Positions 16,002 to 23,835 of a stretch of DNA of 32,000 bases are shown here, in pieces. The DNA is taken from NCBI RefSeq assembly GCF_900232105.1, contig NZ_LT934425.1, positions 3,270,001-3,302,000 of the forward strand, given 5' to 3'. The first letter of the stretch is position 1, and every line of letters begins with the position of its first letter. This DNA is from Candidatus Kuenenia stuttgartensis (GTDB taxonomy: Bacteria > Planctomycetota > Brocadiia > Brocadiales > Brocadiaceae). Position numbers and translations under genes: made by a program. Under the pieces are notes generated by a model. It saw only the letters and a program-made list of their open reading frames with translations. It was not told the DNA's origin and did not search any database.

Positions 16002-16575
16002 ATTGTTTTCCCTCACCGATTAGGATTTAAATTGGGTAATTCTTCGAGAACAATTTCATCTGTTTTGTTACTCTCGCAAGGTATATGCCAAATGTGATTT
16101 ATAAAAATGAATGGGAAGTATTGGTTTTTATAAGTTATTCAAAATAAATTAAATAGGTGAATTTATAGCGCTACGGAATTTGCGGTGAAATGTTAATAAT
16201 TTCTACATTTGAGAGGGGATGATGTAAATATTTCCGCTTTTTAGGAAATATATTCTGTGTGTTTTTTAAACCAAATAACGTTTTTTTGCTTTAATTTTGA
16301 TGAAAGGATGAAGATGAGTAAGACGAAGTGATATTATTAGGGGATTAAAAATATGACACGTGTGGTTCTGGTTGCAAATCTGAAATCACCCAGAGGTAGC
16401 AGGAATAATTTAATTGTATAAAAATTTCATTTTATCTATGCACTTTTCACGGTGGTAAGGACAAACTTCGTTTGTCCGTGATTGTTTGAATATGCGCACC
16501 GATATGGAATATAAAAAAAGTTTTAGTGCCGCCCTTTAATTTAAATGCGTCTTTCAAAAGATTATATTGATGCTG

Positions 16576-17184
16576 CTACTCCATCAGCAGTTTTGATATG
16601 ATTCCTGTCCGGCTATTAACGTCAAGCTTTCGCATAAGAAGCTTTAAATATCCTTTAATGGTATTACAGCTCAAATTAAGATAGAGAGCGATCTCTTTAT
16701 TGCTGTGGTCGCCAAGCAGCAATTGTACGATTTCCTGTTCCCGTCTGTTCAGCTGCCATTTGCGGAAGTTTTTTGCGATATGCGTATGGTCGGAATGCGT
16801 TCTGTCTAATATAAACAAATGGGGACACTCCGCCTGATTTATTTTCTGTGGCGAATCTGAAAGTACAATCCCCCGAACAGCATAAAATCTTTTCTGGCTC
16901 TTTATTACATCAATAAAGTAGACCTGCTCCGACCGTTCTTTGAAGGCACTCCCGATTCCTTCGAATTTTTTATCCAGCAATTTTTTCCATTTGTCACAAA
17001 ATGATGATATATCAGAAACAGCTTCTCTTTCTTTCTTCCTTACAGTATGTGTGCGCATCAGAATATCGAAAGCCATAGGGCTATAAAATACATCCAGAGC
17101 CGATTTTTCATTTCCTGGAATATAGAAAATAAACGCAGCATTTTTAATCACGTCTTTGGAATAAAAACCAAATGCACTGTCCAT
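16576..17184 (-). CDS. LuxR-family HTH transcriptional regulator with N-terminal PAS-like domain (copy 1)
   Basis: The C-terminal part reads LNRREQEIVQLLLGDHSNKEIALYLNLSCNTIKGYLKLLMRKLDVNSRTG, a LuxR/GerE HTH. The N-terminal 130 aa or so look PAS-like (..FYSPMAFDIL.., ..YAVRG.., HLFILDRT). The start lies 2 nt after the stop of copy 2, with no SD. Confidence 0.8.
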   Translation of the reverse strand: MDSAFGFYSKDVIKNAAFIFYIPGNEKSALDVFYSPMAFDILMRTHTVRKKEREAVSDISSFCDKWKKLLDKKFEGIGSAFKERSEQVYFIDVIKSQKRFYAVRGIVLSDSPQKINQAECPHLFILDRTHSDHTHIAKNFRKWQLNRREQEIVQLLLGDHSNKEIALYLNLSCNTIKGYLKLLMRKLDVNSRTGIISKLLME

Positions 17185-17186
17185 GC

Positions 17187-17819
17187 TTAAGAATAATTAA
17201 CGTTAAGATTGTTAATATAGAGCAGCCTTGATATAATCCCTGCCCTGCTATTTACATCAAGCTTTCGCATAAGAAGTCTCAAATATCCTTTAATGGTGTT
17301 GTAGCTTAAATTAAGATTGAGAGCGATCTCTTTATTGCTGTGGTCATCAAGCAGTAATTGAACGATTTCCTGTTCCCTTCTGTTCAGATGCCATTTGCGG
17401 AAGCTTTGGGCGATATGCGCATGGTCGGAATGCGTCCTGTCCAATATGAACAAATGGGGCCATTCCGCCTGATTTATATTCTGTGCTGAATCTGAAAGTG
17501 TTGTTCCGCGCACGGCATACCTTCTTTTCTGGCTCTTAATGAGATCGATAAAGTAAGTTGGTTCGGTCTTCTTTTCTGATTCATTTCCGATTTCTTCAAA
17601 TTTTCTATCCAGCAATTTTTTCCATTTATCACAAAATAACGATATATCAGGTGCAGCTGCTTTTCCTTTTGTCCCAACCAGATTTGATCGCAGCAAAATG
17701 TCTATTGCCGCCGGACTATAAAATACCTTTGAGGCATATTTATCATATCCTTGCCGGTAAAAGATAAATGCCTTGCCATGTGCGAAATTATTATAATCAT
17801 AATGACATGTTTTATTCAT
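17187..17819 (-). CDS. LuxR-family HTH transcriptional regulator with N-terminal PAS-like domain (copy 2)
   Basis: Paralog of 16576..17184. The ATG at 17819 is preceded by AGGAGA. The track's longer start (17876) reads through a dispersed repeat and is unlikely. Confidence 0.8.
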   Translation of the reverse strand: MNKTCHYDYNNFAHGKAFIFYRQGYDKYASKVFYSPAAIDILLRSNLVGTKGKAAAPDISLFCDKWKKLLDRKFEEIGNESEKKTEPTYFIDLIKSQKRRYAVRGTTLSDSAQNINQAEWPHLFILDRTHSDHAHIAQSFRKWHLNRREQEIVQLLLDDHSNKEIALNLNLSYNTIKGYLRLLMRKLDVNSRAGIISRLLYINNLNVNYS

Positions 17820-17850
17820 GTTGCTTCTCCTGTAAGAAACCCTCCAAACC

Positions 17851-17889
17851 TGGACAAACCAGAATAATACAAGCACGAAATACGAAAGA
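17851..17889 (+). repeat. Dispersed repeat, copy A
   Basis: tggacaaaccagaataatacaagcacgaaatacgaaaga matches the reverse complement of 23782-23820 at 35 of 39 positions. Weaker similarity extends about 13 nt further upstream. Confidence 0.7.
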
Positions 17890-18147
17890 AGTGCTCGTTT
17901 AGAATTTCAAATCAATTTTAACGCTTCAGTCTTTTGAAACTGGAAAATTGTCATTTGTAGTGCGATGAGGTTCGTCGCACTACATTAGAATTTAGTGGGC
18001 TTAGATATCAAGTGAGGAACGAGCACCGTTTATAGCAAATGCTTCTACCCTACACTATGCGCCAAGCGGTGCTGTTATTGGAATTTTTCAAAAAACCAAA
18101 GTTGTTAAGTTAAATTGGTTTTCTTTCTACCATTGCGCTACACTTGT

Positions 18148-19596
18148 TCATTTAGCCCCGGAACCTGCTAATACCGCAGGCACTGTTCCAAAAAGTATTT
18201 TAAAATCCAGCCAGACTGACCAGTTGTCAATATATTCCAAATCCAACCGCATCCATTCATCAAAATTGGTAATTTTATTTCTTCCTGACACTTGCCATAT
18301 GCAGGTTAACCCTGGTCTCATGCTCAGCCGTCTTCTATGCCATGGTTCATATTCATCCACTTCCTTTGGAATGGGTGGGCGAGGCCCTACCAAACTCATA
18401 TCGCCTTTCAATACATTCCAAAATTGCGGGAATTCATCTATACTATACTTGCGCAAAAACTTTCCGATTTTTGTCACACGCGGATCATTTGACATCTTAA
18501 AGACAGGTCCTTGCATTTCATTGTTCTTTAACAGCGCCCCCCGTTTTGCTTCAGCATCTGCAACCATTGTCCTGAACTTGTACAATTTAAATACTCTTCC
18601 GTTTAAACTGCATCTCTTCTGTTTAAAAAATAAAGGACCGTTTGACGTAGTTTTTATTGCAATTGCTATAATGAGAAACACTGGAAATAACGAGACAAGC
18701 GCTATTCCTGAAAAGATTATGTCCATAAGACGTTTAATAAAAAGCTGCAATAATTTGTCCGGAGCGCTTTCAAAAACAAGCAAAGGAAATTCCGACAGAT
18801 AACTCCTGGTCTTACCGATGGTATCCGGGGTTACATGGCTATACTTTGTCCTTGCCAAATTAAGCGTAAACAAATCCACTGCCACACTCACCTTTAGTCC
18901 CTCTATATCGCACAAGTACCGAATCATTTCTTCCACCGTGTTTAACCATGACCTGGGAACAACAAACATGACTTCGTCTACAACAGTTTTATGAATTATT
19001 GCAGGGATATCTTTAACGGCGCCAATTACTTTATTTCCGCATACCACAGTATTCTTTTTTGCCGCATCGTTATCAATAAGACCGATAACATTAATACCCC
19101 ATTCCACATTTTTTCCGATGGTGTTTATAAAATGCTGCGCCCTTTTACCAGTACCAACAATTAAAATGTTTCTCGTGTTAAAGCCATTTTTACGCTGATA
19201 CTGCATAAAAAATAAAAGCGAAACCTTTTCGCCGCATAATAATATAGTCGCCATGAAAAAAGAGTAAAACAAATGCTCACTGCCTATCGTTTGAATCTTT
19301 GCAAGGAACACAAAGCTTCCCAAAAGACCTCCTCCCACTAAAGCTGTTTCTATTACGGGGAAGATCACTTCGGTAATGTTCTTTGTCCTGAAAGATTCAT
19401 ACATGCCAAAATTATGCAGAAATATCCCCCACACGCTCAACAGCGCAGGCAATAGTATGAAATAGTTGCCAAACTGCTGAATAACATCGCCGTAGTCGCT
19501 GAATAAAAACGGGGACAGGAAAAAAGATATTGTGACGATAAACAAATCGAAACAAATCATCAGCCTTCTGAAAAATAGGTGATATTCTTTTAACAT
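18148..19596 (-). CDS. Exopolysaccharide-type polyprenyl glycosylphosphotransferase (WbaP/bacterial sugar transferase family)
   Basis: 482 aa with N-terminal TM helices and a Rossmann-like middle region (ILIVGTGKRAQ). The C-terminal sugar-transferase domain reads PLFFKQKRCSLNGRVFKLYKFRTM..DEFPQFWNVLKGDMSLVGPRPP..RPGLTCIWQVSGRN. Confidence 0.88.
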   Translation of the reverse strand: MLKEYHLFFRRLMICFDLFIVTISFFLSPFLFSDYGDVIQQFGNYFILLPALLSVWGIFLHNFGMYESFRTKNITEVIFPVIETALVGGGLLGSFVFLAKIQTIGSEHLFYSFFMATILLCGEKVSLLFFMQYQRKNGFNTRNILIVGTGKRAQHFINTIGKNVEWGINVIGLIDNDAAKKNTVVCGNKVIGAVKDIPAIIHKTVVDEVMFVVPRSWLNTVEEMIRYLCDIEGLKVSVAVDLFTLNLARTKYSHVTPDTIGKTRSYLSEFPLLVFESAPDKLLQLFIKRLMDIIFSGIALVSLFPVFLIIAIAIKTTSNGPLFFKQKRCSLNGRVFKLYKFRTMVADAEAKRGALLKNNEMQGPVFKMSNDPRVTKIGKFLRKYSIDEFPQFWNVLKGDMSLVGPRPPIPKEVDEYEPWHRRRLSMRPGLTCIWQVSGRNKITNFDEWMRLDLEYIDNWSVWLDFKILFGTVPAVLAGSGAK

Positions 19597-19768
19597 ATGA
19601 ATTTCCTGCCGTTATCCTTACAAGAAAAGTGTATGAATAGTTCATATTTATAATGCAATGATTTACTCCCCGGTAAAAACGTTAACAATTTAATAGTATA
19701 GGGGTTTCAAAGTTGCAGGACGAAGCGATTGCATCGTCACTAGCGAAATGGTGTTTCGCGCCATATTG

Positions 19769-19797
19769 GAAAAAGAGATAGGCCTAAAACCTGTCTC
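19769..19797 (-). terminator. Candidate rho-independent terminator downstream of the 139-aa gene
   Basis: On the minus strand, gagacagg ttttagg cctatctc forms an 8-bp stem with one G-U pair, followed by TTTTT. It lies about 50 nt after the stop at 19849. Confidence 0.5.
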
Positions 19798-19848
19798 TCC
19801 GCGGATCCAGGTTTGGAACCTGAACCCTCCTGGAATATCTCATTTGTC

Positions 19849-20268
19849 TTACAGTTTTTGCATACTTTCTTCGTATGCTAGCGGTGCTTCATGGTTAAAA
19901 TCTTTTTGGTCGAGGCTATGATGTTTATAGTGATAGGTTTTAGACGATAGGTCATTGTTTTTCATTTTGTTAATGCAAAATCGATAAAAACTATTCCTTT
20001 CTTCATCAACTACCCATTCATTTGCAAATTCTTGTATATTGTTTTTATGAGAGGTAAAGTAATCCCAAAAATTGCCGCCGTTTTTTTCTAATATTTCCAG
20101 GGAGTCTTGTAGATACCACACAACAAACTTCTTCCATGTTTGCAAATCCTTTCTTATCCACATGCACCACAAATTTGCGGGATTATATAAATTCTCTTTT
20201 CTCATCTCCTGATGTCTATTGATTTCAAAAAACTTAATCATGTCATACAATTCATCTGATACCGCCAT
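19849..20268 (-). CDS. Hypothetical protein (139 aa, Trp-rich, no recognisable domain)
   Basis: Clean ORF with a strong SD (AGAGGGGGA 5 nt upstream) and its own candidate terminator. I recognise no family motif. Confidence 0.65.
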   Translation of the reverse strand: MAVSDELYDMIKFFEINRHQEMRKENLYNPANLWCMWIRKDLQTWKKFVVWYLQDSLEILEKNGGNFWDYFTSHKNNIQEFANEWVVDEERNSFYRFCINKMKNNDLSSKTYHYKHHSLDQKDFNHEAPLAYEESMQKL

Positions 20269-20925
20269 ATTATCCCCCTCTTTAATTATCGATACCTAAG
20301 TGTGTACATAACTTACCTTGAATCACACCCTTCCCTTTATTCCCTCTTGCGAAGGAGGGGATGATGGGAGGTAATCCACTTTGTACCTCCTATAAATACC
20401 TCTCTTTCCATAAACCACTTTTCTATCCGTTTTCAACCCGTGTCAATATGTGGCTCTATCATCTATTAATTGGATTTTAACATTTTTAATTTTTAGCCAG
20501 CATCAACACAATGGCCATGAAATTTCGCTGTGTTTTTTTGAGAAGGCATATTCAATACAAACGCTCGAATCGTGACATACGGCGCAGGCATTAAATAACG
20601 GCCACATTTATCTAACACAATTAACGTGCCAAAACAAACTGGATGTTGCTGTTTCATAGGGCGTAAATGTGGTCACAATAGAATATTAAGAGGCGGTTTT
20701 TCCCCTTTTTTGAAAACGAAAAAGACCATTTGTTGCCATTGCATTATGTCTTCAAAAAACATCTTCCCCGCTCGTATTCACAGAGAATTAAACCATTCGG
20801 GATCATTGTTTGTGTAATGGAATGTATGAATTTAAGTTATTAAAAAGGAACCCCAACGTGAAATACTTTGCGCAATTTTTAATAAGAGAAGTAAGAATTT
20901 ATTATGATTCAGGGAAGAGGATAAA

Positions 20926-21225
20926 TTACAACTTCTTTGTTGAACAGCGGTAAAGAACACGATGGTTTGTGCAAAAATTGCAGCCATAATAATGTTTCAC
21001 GTAATTCCGTCTATGCCAAACGGTTATATCTTTTTCCGATTGTACCGTGCAACGTTTTGCACATCCCTTATTGCGTGCACTCGTTTTTGTTTGTAAGTGT
21101 TTCCCGGCAATTAAGCCGGTTGCAAGGATTTCCAGAGAAACAGTATCACTCGCAAATATTGCATTAAACGGTTCACCGCATGAAGCTTTTTTTACGCAAT
21201 CCGTTTGTTTTGTTAACGGCAGCAT
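20926..21225 (-). CDS. Hypothetical small basic Cys-rich protein (99 aa); coding status uncertain
   Basis: ATG is preceded by AAGAAGG. It has 8 Cys, including GCNFCTNH and GCAKRC. No family is recognised, and it sits in an otherwise ORF-poor 1.2-kb interval. Confidence 0.3.
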   Translation of the reverse strand: MLPLTKQTDCVKKASCGEPFNAIFASDTVSLEILATGLIAGKHLQTKTSARNKGCAKRCTVQSEKDITVWHRRNYVKHYYGCNFCTNHRVLYRCSTKKL

Positions 21226-21513
21226 ACAATGCCTTCTTAATTATTCCCTGATTGAAAAGAGAGTAGTATTGTAAATCTGACCTGACCTGAACGAGCAGGG
21301 GCGGCCATTTGCTCGTGTAAGTTTCAACATATACTATTACTATATAAGCACAATTCGTATGCGATATTTTAAATAGTGCTACCCTTTTTTTCGAAAAGTA
21401 ATTTTGCGGGGTACGAAATTTGCGAATACCCTTACATTATGCAATATGAAGAACCGCGGGCTTTTATTTTTAGGATTTGCGGACAGTAACAATATTTATC
21501 GTATACCATAAAA

Positions 21514-23034
21514 ATGTTATTAAACATAAACAAACACCATAACGGTAAGTATGGCTCTGATAAGAATATTGAGAACAGCACCAGAGAAGGTGCGTTTTCG
21601 CTTTATTTGCTTTACTTGTTAAATGAGAACCTGAATTTATCAATAAAAATTGAAGAACTATTTGAATATACGGCCATTTTTTTGAAGAATAATCTTTGTA
21701 TTGATGACTTCTGTTTCATGTTAAATAACGGGGACAACGATGAATTGACGATATTTAAAACGGGAAGTGATATTTTTGAAGCGGTGAAAGACGTCACCTT
21801 TAAAAAGGGGGAGGAATATGCATGCATTGCTGCCCAGACGGGGAAACCCTTTTTATTAAATGACATAAGCAAGAAAAAAGACCAGTTTTTTTATAAAGGA
21901 AAACTGGAAAATATCGGATCGTTTTTATCTTTGCCATTGCGCTCTAAAAATAATCGAATGCTTGGATTATTAAACATACACAAGAAAGAAATAAATGCAT
22001 TTACCGAAGAAGATATGGGATTATTTATTACGGTGGCATTGAATATTGCTAATACCATTGAGAGGATTGAGCTATACGAAAAAGCTGAAAAAGGCGCAAT
22101 GTACGACGATCTTACCATGCTTTACCAAAGAAAATTTTTTTTTGACAGTTGTCATCTCGAACATAGTAAAGCAATACGCCATAACCTACATTTTTCAATC
22201 GCTATGATTGATATAGATCACTTTAAATACTATAACGATACCTACGGGCATTTGTTTGGAGATGAAATTCTTAAAAAATTAGCATATATCCTGAAATCAA
22301 ATGTAAGATATAGTGATATTGTGAGCAGATATGGCGGGGAAGAATTTGCGATACTTTTGCCAGGCATGGACAAGAATAGTGCCACCCTTGTCATTGATAA
22401 ACTCAGGGACGTGGTAAAAAGGATTTTGTCGTTAGAAGTCGCTGAAGGGAAAGTGGAGTGTGTGACAATAACTGCAGGTGTTGCCGGCTATCCGGAGGAT
22501 GGAAATTCTGTAAAACAGATTTTATCCGTCGCGGATAAATATCTTTATATTGGCAAATCATGCGGCCGTAACAGAGTCGTCAATAATACATTAGACGATC
22601 ATCAGCCTTTTCATCAGAACGTAAAAAAAACTAAACATAGTTCATTGCTAAGCAAAGAAGAGGTTAATCTTCTCCTGTACAAAAATGTAAACAGGCGGAT
22701 TAGCAGATTTAAAACATTGTTGAGGGTTGATAAAGGAATTAATAATATACAATGTTTTGAAATCAAAGTAATGGAAGATGACTGGAGAATTTGTGTAATT
22801 GGCGATATCGGCAAGGGAGGGTTCAAAGGGGATCTTGATTTCAAACCTAAATTAGACGAAATATTTACCTGCCGGGTTGTTGTTGATTCTGAAGTTTACC
22901 TGCCTGCGATCTTCTCAATCAGAATTGCCCACGAAAAGATAATTCATAAAAACAGATACGAAATAGGCGCTGAGATAGTAGATGGGCATAACAATTGGAA
23001 ATATATTTTCTCCTTATTAACGAATAATAAATAA
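21514..23034 (+). CDS. GAF-GGDEF diguanylate cyclase with C-terminal PilZ-like domain
   Basis: GAF-like N-terminal half (..LLNDISKKKDQFFYKG..SLPLRSKNNRMLGLLNIHKK..). The GGDEF domain has an intact GGEEF and an I-site RYSD five residues upstream (RYSDIVSRYGGEEF). The C-terminal 140 aa or so carry RRISR (RxxxR) and DIGKGG, a DxSxxG variant with Ser replaced by Gly. Confidence 0.85.
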   Translation: MLLNINKHHNGKYGSDKNIENSTREGAFSLYLLYLLNENLNLSIKIEELFEYTAIFLKNNLCIDDFCFMLNNGDNDELTIFKTGSDIFEAVKDVTFKKGEEYACIAAQTGKPFLLNDISKKKDQFFYKGKLENIGSFLSLPLRSKNNRMLGLLNIHKKEINAFTEEDMGLFITVALNIANTIERIELYEKAEKGAMYDDLTMLYQRKFFFDSCHLEHSKAIRHNLHFSIAMIDIDHFKYYNDTYGHLFGDEILKKLAYILKSNVRYSDIVSRYGGEEFAILLPGMDKNSATLVIDKLRDVVKRILSLEVAEGKVECVTITAGVAGYPEDGNSVKQILSVADKYLYIGKSCGRNRVVNNTLDDHQPFHQNVKKTKHSSLLSKEEVNLLLYKNVNRRISRFKTLLRVDKGINNIQCFEIKVMEDDWRICVIGDIGKGGFKGDLDFKPKLDEIFTCRVVVDSEVYLPAIFSIRIAHEKIIHKNRYEIGAEIVDGHNNWKYIFSLLTNNK

Positions 23035-23105
23035 CCACCCCAAAGAGGGTATTTATTATATATGATAAAAAGTAGATAATATATATTGTAACACTGTATT
23101 AGTTA

Positions 23106-23243
23106 CTTCTCAATAAGTTGCGGTAAACAACCCTCCTTGCCCCTTACTCCCTTTATTAATTGGGAATACTGTACAGTTGGCAAATTGCAGATTGTGGACA
23201 GAGGACAATAGAAATCATTATAAAACCTCAACTTATTGAGAAG
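23106..23243. repeat. 15-bp perfect inverted repeat enclosing 108 bp (MITE-like element or long RNA stem)
   Basis: cttctcaataagttg (23106-23120) pairs with caacttattgagaag (23229-23243). The repeat extends to 18 bp with 1 mismatch. It lies between the DGC-PilZ stop and the PilZ start. Confidence 0.6.
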
Positions 23244-23307
23244 GTGCCTTTATTATTGTCCATAGAGCGCACCATGCGTGGCATTGTTTTTTAGGCGTAA
23301 GGCTATA

Positions 23308-23640
23308 ATGATATCATTTGAAAAAAGAAAATATAAAAGAATCGATTCAAATACTCGGTTGGAGCTTTATTTTGATGATACCCTCTTTAAAGCAGAGGTG
23401 ATAAATCTTAGTCTCAGCGGTATATGCTGTAAAACAATAGCACGTTACAATTACTTGCCTGACAAGATACTCAATTTTGACCTTTTTATTCCAATCAATA
23501 ATGAAACGTACTTAATAAAATCACACGGATTAATCGTTAGGGAAACATACTCCGCCGGAATATGTTTTTTGGCAATTTATTATAACGGTTTAATAAATGA
23601 CCAAAGTAAAGATATACTTAAACGCTATATTTTTGCTTAA
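23308..23640 (+). CDS. Stand-alone PilZ domain protein (c-di-GMP receptor)
   Basis: From the ATG at 23308 it reads MISFEKRKYKRIDS.. with RKYKR (RxxxR). NLSLSG (NxSxxG) follows 21 residues later, which is the canonical PilZ spacing. Confidence 0.8.
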   Translation: MISFEKRKYKRIDSNTRLELYFDDTLFKAEVINLSLSGICCKTIARYNYLPDKILNFDLFIPINNETYLIKSHGLIVRETYSAGICFLAIYYNGLINDQSKDILKRYIFA

Positions 23641-23781
23641 GAACTTAATAATTGCCCGGCTTAAAGCAAAATAAAGTATAGAAAACATTTTTCTTATATG
23701 CTTTTTCCCGTACATAGCCTATCAGTGCAATTTTGCATTTGACCCGGCCTGAGAGTTTTGGAACGAGAAAGAGCGAACGCA

Positions 23782-23820
23782 TCTTTCATATTTCGTGCTT
23801 GTTTGATTCTGGCTTGTCCA
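23782..23820 (-). repeat. Dispersed repeat, copy B (inverted relative to copy A)
   Basis: The reverse complement tggacaagccagaatcaaacaagcacgaaatatgaaaga matches 17851-17889 at 35 of 39 positions. The extended similarity reaches the stop codon of the EAL gene (23836). Confidence 0.7.
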
Positions 23821-23835
23821 TGTTAGGTTAGGGTA

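Larger units (their letters stand above)
16576..17819 (-). repeat. Tandem gene duplication (two units of about 610-635 bp)
   Basis: The 3' two-thirds of the two LuxR genes are about 85-90% identical at DNA level by eye (for example 16600-16860 against 17230-17490). The 5' 150 nt or so are much more diverged. Confidence 0.8.

Noticed and set aside
16576-17876. Regular repeat structure that could be mistaken for a repeat array
   Set aside because: It is a two-copy tandem gene duplication of LuxR regulators with units of about 620 bp and continuous ORFs, not a short repeat-spacer array. I saw no CRISPR-like array anywhere in the window.
17820-17876. N-terminal extensions offered by the ORF track (17187..17876, 11765..13042, 620..1441, 23278..23640, 14292..16016)
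   Set aside because: In each case an internal ATG with a better SD or a family-typical N-terminus exists. The extension reads through a repeat, a palindrome or a leader sequence.
20626-20817. 63-aa plus-strand Cys-rich ORF (MPKQTGCCCFIGRKCGH..)
   Set aside because: It starts at a non-ATG codon with no SD and overlaps other equally weak ORFs on the opposite strand. I kept it only as part of the low-coding-interval finding.
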